Numbered from the stretch's first letter, positions 45,014 to 55,031 are shown. The stretch: 64,000 nt of DNA from Candidatus Curtissbacteria bacterium (GCA_016183325.1 JACPEV010000011.1:36782-100781); one strand, 5' to 3'. Translations and numbers: made by a program. Notes: generated by a model not told the origin, from the sequence alone.

Positions 45014-46681
45014 ATGGAAGTTCTCGAGACTATTCCAATAAATATTAGGGACCAACATAACTTACTTAATCTTCTTGCTGAAAGCTATAAAAGCTTAAAT
45101 AAAGCTTTAATGGAGTATATAGATAATTCTTTTGATAGTGCAGATGACTATTACGATGATGTTTTAGGGAGGTATCAACGTGATGTTGCTATTATCATTA
45201 CCATCGATCGAGCAAATAATACAATATCAGTCCTTGATAATTGTAATGGCATGGACTTGGAAATTCTGAAGGGATTAGCTAATAGTATTAATGATTCAGA
45301 AAAACGTCGACGAGCGCAAAAGAGACCATGGGTTAATGGTCAATTCGGACTTGGAGCTCATGCTTATCGTTTTTTTGCTCAAAAGCTACGCGTAATTACC
45401 AAGAAAAAAAATTCATCTACTGGTGCAATCTCTATTGATCGTGATGAGCCCGATGCGAAACTTATTAAACCATACAAATCTATATCGAATGATAGTGGTA
45501 CTTTTGTTGAGCTCTCGGATATCGATCGACAACAGATCAAGCGTTTAAATATCCAAGAACTCAAGAGAGACATTGAAACGTACTTCGAAATGCTACTTCG
45601 TAGAAATGTTGCAATAACGATCCGCGATGATGATCAAGTATCTGTATGCGAAAGTTTCGATTATGATCAACTCGAGGGGATTCCTATTCAAAAAGTAATA
45701 ACCAGTTGGCATCGTGGTTCGGCAACCCTTAGTTATCCTGATTCAGCTCGCGGAATTCATATAAATCTTAAAGTTTGCACAAAAAAAATGGACAGACCAC
45801 CGTTTTTTTCACGCAAAGGAAGACGAATTAATTACATTTCGCACATGGATTCATTTATTCGAAAAACCGAACACCGAAAGAAGGTCTGGGAGAACTACTA
45901 CCTAACAGGATATATTGAGGTTGGCGACAATTTAGAACCTATTATTACGCGTGACGATTTTATGGGTGGTAAAGGTAAAACAGCGACGCGCAGCGGTATT
46001 TATGAAGAAATTGTTAAAGTTGAAGATGATATTTACGCAGCAATTGAACAGGTCAATCGCGATAGAAGCGATGAAAATTTTCGTAAGCTAGCTTCAGTAT
46101 TGACAGAACTTTTGACAGAAATCACTAAAGAAGAAGATCTTAGAATTCGTCATGAAAATAAAGATGGTCAAAGAAACGAACAACCATGGGTTTCCGTGTC
46201 ACCGGATCCCGGGGAAGGTGAAGAATATGATATTAAGAGTAATGGTAATAATCGACCCGGAGATAAGCCAAAAATCAGCGTAGTAACTCCTGATTTAGAG
46301 GGAGAGCTGATGGGCCGTAAACGTGAGCGCGAAAAACAAGGTATTAGGATTGAGTTTAGTACGTTACCCGTCGTAGAGGGAGATCGCCGTACACATTTTG
46401 GCGACAGCGTTATTACTATTTTTACAAATCATCCGGATTTTTCAGAACGTAGAGGTCGTGGAGATCTTGAACAAATTATTATCAATCCCCGACTAGCCAA
46501 TTATTTAGCTGCAATAATCTCTTCAGAATATAAAGAAGTTTTTTACAATTTAAAGAAATTGGAACCTGATCGAAAAAAAGTTCTCGATGAACAGATAGAA
46601 TTTATTTTTCGTTTCGAGGAAAAACTGAAAAACTACATTAATCAACCGCTTGACGCCCTGGGAAACGTTACTCGCAGCTAA
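45014..46681 (+). CDS. GHKL ATPase (HATPase_c_3, MORC/Hsp90-like)
   Basis: EYIDNSFDS, DNCNGM, GQFGLGA, SGTFVEL; S5-like TGYIEV..LEPIITRDDF; TNHPDF. Confidence 0.85.
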   Translation: MEVLETIPINIRDQHNLLNLLAESYKSLNKALMEYIDNSFDSADDYYDDVLGRYQRDVAIIITIDRANNTISVLDNCNGMDLEILKGLANSINDSEKRRRAQKRPWVNGQFGLGAHAYRFFAQKLRVITKKKNSSTGAISIDRDEPDAKLIKPYKSISNDSGTFVELSDIDRQQIKRLNIQELKRDIETYFEMLLRRNVAITIRDDDQVSVCESFDYDQLEGIPIQKVITSWHRGSATLSYPDSARGIHINLKVCTKKMDRPPFFSRKGRRINYISHMDSFIRKTEHRKKVWENYYLTGYIEVGDNLEPIITRDDFMGGKGKTATRSGIYEEIVKVEDDIYAAIEQVNRDRSDENFRKLASVLTELLTEITKEEDLRIRHENKDGQRNEQPWVSVSPDPGEGEEYDIKSNGNNRPGDKPKISVVTPDLEGELMGRKREREKQGIRIEFSTLPVVEGDRRTHFGDSVITIFTNHPDFSERRGRGDLEQIIINPRLANYLAAIISSEYKEVFYNLKKLEPDRKKVLDEQIEFIFRFEEKLKNYINQPLDALGNVTRS

Positions 46682-46699
46682 TTATCTCTTCGGTATAAT

Positions 46700-47566
46700 A
46701 TGCTTATGCAGTCAGAAGATTTAATCACAATTATTGATAGTCTAGCCCCGATAAATAATGCTTTTCGAATGGAAAAAAAAGCAATTAAGAAAGTTGAGTA
46801 TGTCTGGGAACTTGGCTCGCTTCTTGATGAATATATTAAGAAATATAAATTAACATTAGATGAACTTCTTTACTCTATTTATGATCCACATGCTACGATC
46901 AAACATAGTAATATTACACGGTCATTAGGAAGTTATAGTTACAGGATTTTCCATTTTTTTAAAAAGAAAGAAGATGTTCGCAAAACAATTCCAAATTTAA
47001 AGTCGTATAACGTCTTTATAGAAGCATTGCCCTTACTGGTTAATATAAAGTATAAAACGCATGTTAATAGCGAAGATATTCTCGCTATGGTTAATTCACA
47101 AAAATCCACTCGGCAAACTATTAACAGATTAACTTTGATAAAACAATCAATTTTGCCAACAAGAAAACTTAGAATTCCTCCGGGTCTCATGTATACAGAG
47201 GAAAAAAGATTTTTAGTTTCAGTCATTAAATATATCCGAGGTTTATATGAAAAAAATGAGTCTATTTTCTCATTTAATAATTTGCAGTATGAGTTGCATA
47301 AAGAGAAGTATCGTGAGCAACTTGTCTTAATTTTAATGGCATTAGCAAGTGACTCGTTTATGAATAAGGTAAAATCGTATAAGGAAAATGAAGTTAATAA
47401 AAACTTAAGACGCTTGTTCCAAATTGCTATAAGTAATAATGAAAAAAGATCACGATTTCGAAGATGGGTTTTGTCAGCAAACGAACTGCTGTGGTTGGCT
47501 GAGGCAATTCATGCCTTAGGTGATGATAACGACTTTCATTTTTTCAAAAAGAAGCTAGAGAAATAA
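46700..47566 (+). CDS. Basic helical hypothetical protein
   Basis: 288 aa, Lys-rich, 18 bp after the ATPase stop. Confidence 0.7.
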   Translation: MLMQSEDLITIIDSLAPINNAFRMEKKAIKKVEYVWELGSLLDEYIKKYKLTLDELLYSIYDPHATIKHSNITRSLGSYSYRIFHFFKKKEDVRKTIPNLKSYNVFIEALPLLVNIKYKTHVNSEDILAMVNSQKSTRQTINRLTLIKQSILPTRKLRIPPGLMYTEEKRFLVSVIKYIRGLYEKNESIFSFNNLQYELHKEKYREQLVLILMALASDSFMNKVKSYKENEVNKNLRRLFQIAISNNEKRSRFRRWVLSANELLWLAEAIHALGDDNDFHFFKKKLEK

Positions 47567-47721
47567 TTTTTTGCCTATAACCATTGGGTAGCAGTGATTG
47601 GATTATATATCTATACAATTCCAATGCGCAACTGCTTTTTTTACCTCAACTTTTTAAGAACTATTTGAAAGAAGGCTCCAAATCAGGTAAAACTATGATT
47701 TCCAAAAAGGAGGTAATCTAA

Positions 47722-47868
47722 ATGAAGTTTACTCAAATTGCAGTTGCTGGCGTTGGTAGAAGCAATGATAACTCTGCTTATAGTGTTGCGTTGTTTGCCT
47801 TAAACGAAAATGGCAAATTATTTTTTGTTGTGCTAAACTCCGCCTGGCTAAATTCATTCAATCGTTAA
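47722..47868 (+). CDS. Small ORF (48 aa)
   Basis: AAGGAGGT RBS; MKFTQIAVAGVGRSNDNSAYSVALFALNENGKLFFVVLNSAWLNSFNR. Confidence 0.45.
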   Translation: MKFTQIAVAGVGRSNDNSAYSVALFALNENGKLFFVVLNSAWLNSFNR

Positions 47869-47872
47869 AATT

Positions 47873-48853
47873 ATGAATCGACCTGAAGAACTATTACCTA
47901 TCAACGAACAAAATTCGTCGAATGTACCTTCTCCACGAGAAGCAGAGATGCTTTTGAATTCCAAAGAAAGTATCCCTTTTGATTTACGACGTAGAATGAT
48001 ATTTGATCTTATCACCAATATTCCTCAAACTCCCAATTCTGAAACCGAAAGTATTAATAATCTTTTATCCGACATAAAAAATCTCCTTCGAAGTGAACCT
48101 TTAACCGATCAACAAGCGGGAATCCTGACGAGGTGGATGTTCTATGCAAAATATCCTTATAAGGAAATGTCTGAACGGGGAAAAGATGTATCACTGGAAG
48201 AAATTGTAGAACTGAGAGTTGGTAACTGGGAAACAATTGAGCAAATCGCAAATGCGACCTTTGAACGGAAAGACGCCTGGGAAAAAGCAACCAAAGAAGC
48301 ACTGAACGGAGATGGTTACGTGACAGTATATCGAGGTATGAGTATTTCTCCAAATGACGTTCCAGGAATTTACCAAACCGGAATTATTCCGCCCGGAATT
48401 TGGAGATATAAAACATTCGACCAGATTATTTTCAGAAAACTGCAATATTCTCTTAAGAGTTCCTCCGACAGTAGCTATATCTCCACCTGGAACCGCAGCG
48501 ACCAAGCGAAAATAAGCCGCACGCTAGATCTTCCATTTTCGAAAGGCGGGTTGCTAAGAAATCACTGGTTTGTGGATCCTGATGCAGGTTTATTGGGAGG
48601 CGTGGATACTCCAGACTCTTTGGCTATGAGCACTACTAACTTAGAATACATAGATTTGGTGCGTAGATACGGCAACTATGTCGTAGAAATAAAACTACCG
48701 GCAAATCGGTTAGTGCGAAGATGGGAAGAGCGAGAAACTGTTGATTATTCCGTTTTATTTTTTATTGAGCCTCAAGCAATTTCCGGAATTTATGCGATAA
48801 AAGATGAAAGGCCATTAAAAGAGCAACTAAATAAACCAATTGAGAGGCCATAA
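47873..48853 (+). CDS. Hypothetical protein with a putative C-terminal ADP-ribosyltransferase-like domain
   Basis: VYRGMS...MSTTN...YGNYVVEIKLP...ETVDYSVL..IEPQAISGIY. Confidence 0.55.
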   Translation: MNRPEELLPINEQNSSNVPSPREAEMLLNSKESIPFDLRRRMIFDLITNIPQTPNSETESINNLLSDIKNLLRSEPLTDQQAGILTRWMFYAKYPYKEMSERGKDVSLEEIVELRVGNWETIEQIANATFERKDAWEKATKEALNGDGYVTVYRGMSISPNDVPGIYQTGIIPPGIWRYKTFDQIIFRKLQYSLKSSSDSSYISTWNRSDQAKISRTLDLPFSKGGLLRNHWFVDPDAGLLGGVDTPDSLAMSTTNLEYIDLVRRYGNYVVEIKLPANRLVRRWEERETVDYSVLFFIEPQAISGIYAIKDERPLKEQLNKPIERP

Positions 48854-48892
48854 TACCTCTCTCCGTTTGAGGTAGGGTTGGCATGTGTGTTT

Positions 48893-50722
48893 TTACTTTT
48901 GTCCCTGGGAGATTTTGCGTCTTTCTTCCAACTTATCGAGGATGATTTTTCTGATGCGGATGTTTTTTGGGGTGACTTCCACTAACTCTTCGTCGTTAAT
49001 GTATTCCAAAGCATCTTCCAGGTCCATTTTAGTTACCGCATTAAGGCTGGCAGAGACGTCTTCGCCTTTGCTTCTCATGTTTGTCAGGTGTTTTTCTTTG
49101 CAGACATTGACTGGAATGTCTTCCAATCTCGCGTTTTTGCCAATGACCTGGCCTTTATAAACCTGCTGTCCAGGACCGACAAATATGACTCCTCTTTCCT
49201 GAGCGTTAACAAGTCCGTAGGTTTTTGTTACGCCGCTTTCATGAGCAACTAATGAACCATTTGCGCGTGAATATGCGGTAGGGGTTTCAGGCCTGTATTC
49301 CAAAAACAAAGTGTTTATGACACCCGTGCCTTTTGTATCAGTAATCAGTTCGCTTCTGTAACCGAAAAGCTCGCGGGTTGAAATGATAAATTCAAAAAAT
49401 GCGGTGTTTTCTTCCGTCTTCATATCCACAAGTTCCGCATGTCTTGCACCCATTTTTTGCATGACTACACCTGAGTATTCTTGCGGTACCTCAACAAAAA
49501 CCTCCTCGTAGGGGGCAAGTTTTTGTCCGTTTGCACCGATTTTTGTGATCACTTGAGGCCGGCCAACTTGGAATTCATAGTCTTCCCGACGCATTCGCTC
49601 GATAAAAATCGCCAAATGCAGCTCCCCGCGGCCGGAAACTATCCATTCACCTTTATCCGTGTCTTCTACCTTCAGGGCAACATCAGTTTCGAGCTCTTTA
49701 TACAATCTGCTTCGCAGCTGACTTGAGGTTTTAAATTTGCCTTCTTTGCCGGCATGCGGTGAACTGTTTACGGCAAAGGTCATTCTTATTGTCGGTTCTT
49801 CGACTCGGAGCGGGGGGAGTGCTATGGGGTTTTTGACATCGGCGATGGTTTCGCCAATTGTGACGTCGGAAATGCCCGAAACGGCTATAATGTCACCGGC
49901 TTCGGCTTCTTTAATATCAACTCTTTCAAGTCCGACAAAAGTTGAGATCGAGCTTACAAGTTTCTTTTGCTGCTCACCCGTGGTTTTAATATGCATTACT
50001 TCTTGGCCAAAGTTTATCTTCCCGCTTTGGATTTTGCCGATTCCAATTCTTCCTTTGTGGGTGTCATAAGTGATATTGGAAATTAACATTTGAAGGGGCT
50101 TATCCGGGTCTGCCGCAGGCGGGGGAACCTCTTTCAAGATCGTTTCAAAGACCGGAGAAATATCGGTCATGTCCTCGATTTTTGGAGTTAAACCTGCTTT
50201 TCCATCTTTGGCTACTGTGTAGATTGTCGGGAAGAAAGCCGTAGTTTCGTCCGCTCCCAGTTCCACAAACAAATCAAATATTCTGTTTCTCGCAAAATCG
50301 ATTCTGGCATTTTGCTTGTCGACTTTGTTGATCACTACGATTATTTTGTGCTTCAGCTTCAAGGCCTGCTTCAGCACGAATCTGGTCTGGGGCATCGGAC
50401 CTTCCTGCGCGTCTACCAAAAGAAGACTGCCGTCTACCATGGAAAGGACTCTTTCCACTTCCCCGCCAAAGTCAGCATGTCCAGGGGTATCTATGATATT
50501 GATCTTGGTACCTTTCCAGATCACTGAAGCATTCTTGGAAAAGATGGTAATACCCCTCTCCTTTTCGAGCTCGTTCGTATCCATTATAAGATTTCCGCTA
50601 GCAAGTTCCTTTTTGAGTTCGGTTTTAGACTGGCGCAAAAGAGCGTCTACCAAGGTAGTCTTACCATGGTCAACGTGGGCGATAATGGCGATGTTTCTTA
50701 GGTTTATCATTTTAGGTGTCAA
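48893..50722 (-). CDS. typA: Translational GTPase TypA/BipA
   Basis: AHVDHGKTTLVD, ERGITI, DTPGHADFGGEVER, GRGELHL, EVTPKNIRIRK. Confidence 0.97.
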   Translation of the reverse strand: MTPKMINLRNIAIIAHVDHGKTTLVDALLRQSKTELKKELASGNLIMDTNELEKERGITIFSKNASVIWKGTKINIIDTPGHADFGGEVERVLSMVDGSLLLVDAQEGPMPQTRFVLKQALKLKHKIIVVINKVDKQNARIDFARNRIFDLFVELGADETTAFFPTIYTVAKDGKAGLTPKIEDMTDISPVFETILKEVPPPAADPDKPLQMLISNITYDTHKGRIGIGKIQSGKINFGQEVMHIKTTGEQQKKLVSSISTFVGLERVDIKEAEAGDIIAVSGISDVTIGETIADVKNPIALPPLRVEEPTIRMTFAVNSSPHAGKEGKFKTSSQLRSRLYKELETDVALKVEDTDKGEWIVSGRGELHLAIFIERMRREDYEFQVGRPQVITKIGANGQKLAPYEEVFVEVPQEYSGVVMQKMGARHAELVDMKTEENTAFFEFIISTRELFGYRSELITDTKGTGVINTLFLEYRPETPTAYSRANGSLVAHESGVTKTYGLVNAQERGVIFVGPGQQVYKGQVIGKNARLEDIPVNVCKEKHLTNMRSKGEDVSASLNAVTKMDLEDALEYINDEELVEVTPKNIRIRKIILDKLEERRKISQGQK

Positions 50723-50783
50723 AAAACCGCCTTATTTGGCGGCCCTTGTGATTATATCATGTTTTAGCCCTTCGCCCTATAGT

Positions 50784-50812
50784 TTGACATTACCCATTTG
50801 GTCTGTTATACT
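50784..50812 (+). promoter_or_regulatory. Sigma70 promoter of the DEAD-box helicase gene
   Basis: TTGACA-N17-TATACT. Confidence 0.7.
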
Positions 50813-50997
50813 GCCTTATATATTTAGCAGATTGAAGAAACAGATCTGCTTAATTTGAATAGTTTTTGATTAGACAAGATAAAGATAGTCTACGAATAAA
50901 GTTAATTTAGTATCTTTTCCCCTACTCATAAATACAACTTCGTAATTAAGTAGATTCGTTTCTTTAATTGGGTGTTCCATTTGCACTCTTCTTTAGT

Positions 50998-51081
50998 TGT
51001 CATTCTGAACTTGTCTGATTTTATCGACCCGAATGGGTTTCAGAATCTACAACAAGATCCTGAATTGAATTCAGGATGACA
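50998..51081. repeat. TGTC-type REP-like palindrome
   Basis: TGTCATTCTGAA...TTCAGAATC..GATCCTGAA..TTCAGGATGACA. Confidence 0.8.
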
Positions 51082-51125
51082 GACAAGAGGTCTTTGGACA
51101 ATTAATTTGAGGAATCATTATTTCC

Positions 51126-52307
51126 ATGAGACGAAGATTTAGATCGAGAGGAAACTTCAGAAGAAGGTACTACTCTGTCCAAAAAACCAACCAGGACCTT
51201 ATGTGGGCAATTACTGCCGGTAGAAGTCAAAACATGCCAAGCGCGGAGGTGGCACCTACCGTATATATTCCCAATCATAAGTTTGAAGATTTTCCTGTTT
51301 CTTCTCAAATTAAAAGAAACATAGCAAACAAAAAGTACGTCTCTCCGACGCCAATTCAAGATCAGGTAATTCCAGCAATTCTTGCAGGATCCGATATTAT
51401 CGGTGTTGCAAATACCGGAACTGGAAAAACAGCCGCGTTTCTGGTTCCTTTGATCGATAAAGTATTCAAAGACAAGTTCCAAAAAGTGCTTATCATTGCG
51501 CCAACCCGAGAGCTTGCTTGTCAAATAGACGGGGAATTGCGCGATTTTGCGAGTGGCCTTTCTATTGGCTCGGCACTTTGCATCGGCGGGACCAATATAT
51601 TCAGGCAGAGGAATCAGTTGTTACACAACCCAAATTTCGTGATCGGCACACCCGGAAGAATAAAGGATTTAATCAGACAAAGATGTTTAAACTTATCCCA
51701 ATTTAGAAATGTTGTACTAGACGAGGTTGATCGCATGGTAGATATCGGTTTTATTGACGATATTAAGTACTTTATTTCACTTTTGCCAGCCGATCGCCAA
51801 TCGCTTTTTTTCTCGGCGACAATCTCCGGGAAAGTTCGCGAAATTATACAAACGTTTGTTAAAAATCCAATTACAATTTCCGTGAAAGTAAGGGACGTGA
51901 TTGAAAATATTAAACAGGAAATTGTTAAAGTGTCTCAAGGGGAGCAGAAGGTAGACAAACTGCACGATTTATTGATTCAAGAAGGTTTCCATAAGGTACT
52001 TATCTTCGGCCGGACGAAAAGAGGTGTGCAAAGACTTACAAATGAGCTTTGCGAACGAGGTTTCAGGGCCGGAGTAATTCACGGGAATAAGAGTCAAAGC
52101 CAAAGACAGAAAACTTTGGAAATGTTTAAACGTAACCAAATTCGCATACTTCTGGCAACAGATGTTGCTTCACGCGGGCTTGATATTGACGACGTAAGTC
52201 ATGTTATTAATTACGACCTGCCGGCTTCTTACGATGATTATATACATAGGATAGGACGAACGGGCAGGGCAAATAAAACAGGCACTGCTTTGACATTTGT
52301 CGTATAA
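51126..52307 (+). CDS. DEAD-box RNA helicase
   Basis: PTPIQ, ANTGTGKT, PTRELA, TPGR, DEVD, SAT, SRGLD, HRIGRTGR. Confidence 0.95.
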   Translation: MRRRFRSRGNFRRRYYSVQKTNQDLMWAITAGRSQNMPSAEVAPTVYIPNHKFEDFPVSSQIKRNIANKKYVSPTPIQDQVIPAILAGSDIIGVANTGTGKTAAFLVPLIDKVFKDKFQKVLIIAPTRELACQIDGELRDFASGLSIGSALCIGGTNIFRQRNQLLHNPNFVIGTPGRIKDLIRQRCLNLSQFRNVVLDEVDRMVDIGFIDDIKYFISLLPADRQSLFFSATISGKVREIIQTFVKNPITISVKVRDVIENIKQEIVKVSQGEQKVDKLHDLLIQEGFHKVLIFGRTKRGVQRLTNELCERGFRAGVIHGNKSQSQRQKTLEMFKRNQIRILLATDVASRGLDIDDVSHVINYDLPASYDDYIHRIGRTGRANKTGTALTFVV

Positions 52308-52322
52308 TTGCAAGTAAATTCA

Positions 52323-52736
52323 ATGAAGGCTTTGCGCAAGAATATATATCTAGATATTGACGGAGTAATTTTAACCAGAGGCGTAACACCCGCACTTCAC
52401 TTGGATAAATTTCTAAAGTACATCTTAAGTAATTATTCTGTTTTCTGGCTGACGTCTAAATACCAAGGAGACAGTAGAAGGATAATTCAATATTTATCCC
52501 AATTTCTTCTTCCCGATACAATTGATTTGATTGGGCAGATTAAAGCAACCAGCTTTCGCTTAGACAAAACCGAGGCCATAGACTTTAGCAAGGACTTTTT
52601 CTGGATAGACAACGAACTTTTTGATTCGGAGAAAAATACATTAAGAAAACATAACTCATACGACTGCTGGATTGAACTGGATCTTATCAAAAATCCGAAC
52701 CAACTTCTCGATCTTGTTAATAGCAAACTAAACTGA
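52323..52736 (+). CDS. HAD-superfamily domain protein (Swiss-army-knife RNA-repair HAD-like)
   Basis: IYLDIDGVI, WLTS, K, WIDN. Confidence 0.7.
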   Translation: MKALRKNIYLDIDGVILTRGVTPALHLDKFLKYILSNYSVFWLTSKYQGDSRRIIQYLSQFLLPDTIDLIGQIKATSFRLDKTEAIDFSKDFFWIDNELFDSEKNTLRKHNSYDCWIELDLIKNPNQLLDLVNSKLN

Positions 52737-52821
52737 TAAATTTGAAAATTCAATAGAAGGTGGATAAGATTCTCGTTGAATTACTTGATGGCTTTTGTGA
52801 AAACAAGCTATAATTGGGTCG

Positions 52822-53076
52822 ATGGTTGAAAGATCTTCCCCCTGTCAACATTACTGGTTAATTGAACCACCTCAAGGTCCAACTTCACCTGGAGTGTGCA
52901 AACATTGTGGAGATAGCAAAACTTTTTTAAACAATCTTGATGGAGGATACAGAGATAGAGATGATTTGCTAAGTGATTCTACGGGGGCATTTGATACTCA
53001 AGATGCCCAGCAAAGGGCCCGCAGGCATATTACAAGGCTGTTCAGCGCAAGTAGATCCCAGCTTGGAGGTGATTGA
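52822..53076 (+). CDS. Small zinc-ribbon-like protein
   Basis: CQHYWLIE...GVCKHCG..KTFLN. Confidence 0.6.
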   Translation: MVERSSPCQHYWLIEPPQGPTSPGVCKHCGDSKTFLNNLDGGYRDRDDLLSDSTGAFDTQDAQQRARRHITRLFSASRSQLGGD

Positions 53077-53079
53077 TCT

Positions 53080-53328
53080 TTGGCAAAAGTAACAATGTAC
53101 ACAACTAGAACTTGTCCCTTTTGCAAGATGCAAAAGGACTATTTGTCAAGTAAAAATATTTCCTACGATGAGGTTTTGGTTGATGAAAAACCGGAAGAAG
53201 CCCAAAAAATGATTGAGATTTCTGGGCAAATGGGTGTGCCGTTTACTGTTATTGATAAAGACAATGGACAGCGGGAAACGATTTTGGGATTTGATCAAAA
53301 GAGAATTGATGAAGCCCTGGGAATTTGA
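53080..53328 (+). CDS. Glutaredoxin-like (NrdH/YruB) protein
   Basis: CPFC, SGQMGVP, GFD; RBS GGAGGTGA. Confidence 0.92.
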   Translation: MAKVTMYTTRTCPFCKMQKDYLSSKNISYDEVLVDEKPEEAQKMIEISGQMGVPFTVIDKDNGQRETILGFDQKRIDEALGI

Positions 53329-53545
53329 TCTTGGAAATTAGTTATTAGAAAGCTTGCTTCGAGCAAGTTCTCTTGCGAGAAGTGGAAAGTGGTATTGGAA
53401 ATCAGAAGTGGGAAATGGTTGAAAATGAATTTTCCATTTTCAATTTTCCACTTTCCATTACTGCTTTCAAACTTCCAAAAACCATTTTCAAAATTCATCC
53501 CTTATTTCTTCATACTTGATACTTAATACTTGATACTTAATACTT
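53329..53545. repeat. Inverted heptamer arrays plus (ATACTTR)n
   Basis: gaagtgg aaagtgg ... ttttcca ctttcca ...; atacttg atactta atacttg atactta. Confidence 0.75.
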
Positions 53546-53552
53546 AAGATAT

Positions 53553-54893
53553 ATGCGCATTTTTTTCTACGGGGCGTGCAGGGAAGTTACGGGATCGAAT
53601 ATTTTGGTGGAGGTTGCAGGCAAAAAAATTCTTCTTGATTGCGGTATTTTCCAGGGCAGTCGGATGGCAGAGGAAAGGAATTATTCACCTTTTGTGTTTG
53701 ATGCAAAAAGTATCGATGTGGTAGTGGTTTGTCACGCTCATCTGGACCATACTGGCAGATTACCAAAACTGGTAAAAGACGGTTTTCGCGGAAAAATTTA
53801 TGCAACTGCCCCGACTGCTCAGTTAACCGAGCTGGTGCTTGATGATAGCGAAAAGCTGATGAGGGAAGAATCCCAGAGGGATAACCATCCACCGCTTTAC
53901 GGTCCTGCAGAAATTGAGACGACGATGGAGCTTTTTACCACAATCCCTTACGACGAAGGCGTTGAAATTTCTCCCGGTATTAAAATTACCCTGAAAAACG
54001 CCGGACATATTCTTGGATCTTCTGTTTTAATTTTAGAAACTGAAGGAAAAACTCTTGTTTATACAAGCGATCTTGGCAATGCACCATCTGAGCTTTTATC
54101 TCCTCCTGAAAGGATTGAAAAAGCAGATTTTGTGATTTCGGAAACAACTTATGGCGGTAGAGTTCACGAAGATATCACTAAACGTCATGCGAAGTTAAAT
54201 TCGATAATTAACTCCACAATTTCCGAAAACGGTGTTTTAATGATTCCGACATTTGCCATTGAGCGCACTCAAGAGTTACTTCACGATATAGAGCATTTTT
54301 GTACGATCGCCAATTGCACGATCCCGACTTTTTATTTAGATAGTCCGTTGGCGGAAAAGGTGACTCGTGTTTTTCAAAAGTATCCTGAATATTTAAATCC
54401 CAGGCTTAATCTTGCCCATGATAATGATATTTTTGGACTCTCTCGCTTACGGATCACTTCAACTGTCGATGCGTCGAAACAAATTGATGATGCGCCTAAC
54501 CCTAAGATAATTATAGCCGGATCAGGTATGATGAACGGAGGAAGAATTTTATACCATCTGCAAAATTATATCGGTGATGCCAACAGCACACTTTTAATAG
54601 TAAGTTATCAGTCTGGCGGCACTTTGGGCAGACGACTTATCGACGGGGAGAAAGTTATTAAGATTTTTGGTAAAAAGTATAACGTTGCCGCAAATGTCGT
54701 GGCCATTGGATCTTACAGCGCTCATGCTGATGCTCCACAGCTTTTAAGGTGGCTTTCTACTATTTCGGGCGTCAAGAAAATCTTTTTGGTTCATGGGGAG
54801 GGTGATCAGGCGCTGGCTTTCGGCGAGTCGGTGAAGGAAAAAATGGGTGTTGATGTTATCATTCCGCAACAGGGAGAAATGTATGAATTATGA
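53553..54893 (+). CDS. MBL-fold beta-CASP ribonuclease
   Basis: HAHLDHTGR, AGHILGS, ETTYG, SAHAD, LVHGE. Confidence 0.93.
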   Translation: MRIFFYGACREVTGSNILVEVAGKKILLDCGIFQGSRMAEERNYSPFVFDAKSIDVVVVCHAHLDHTGRLPKLVKDGFRGKIYATAPTAQLTELVLDDSEKLMREESQRDNHPPLYGPAEIETTMELFTTIPYDEGVEISPGIKITLKNAGHILGSSVLILETEGKTLVYTSDLGNAPSELLSPPERIEKADFVISETTYGGRVHEDITKRHAKLNSIINSTISENGVLMIPTFAIERTQELLHDIEHFCTIANCTIPTFYLDSPLAEKVTRVFQKYPEYLNPRLNLAHDNDIFGLSRLRITSTVDASKQIDDAPNPKIIIAGSGMMNGGRILYHLQNYIGDANSTLLIVSYQSGGTLGRRLIDGEKVIKIFGKKYNVAANVVAIGSYSAHADAPQLLRWLSTISGVKKIFLVHGEGDQALAFGESVKEKMGVDVIIPQQGEMYEL

Positions 54894-54910
54894 ATTGTTA
54901 AATTGTTTTT

Positions 54911-55021
54911 TGTCATTCTGGGGAGTGAAATCGAGTCTACTCGATGAAACGAATCCAGAATCATACTAAGAATGCAGATTCTGGACAAGCCCTAGACCCG
55001 GACCTTAGGGCCAGAATGACG
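54911..55021. repeat. TGTC-type REP-like palindrome with nested hairpins
   Basis: TGTCATTCTGG...CCAGAATC...GATTCTGG...CCAGAATGACG. Confidence 0.85.
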
Positions 55022-55031
55022 TATAGGAGAT

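Noticed and set aside
53295-53498. 67-aa ORF (NGKWKIENGK)
   Set aside because: Translation of a heptamer repeat array
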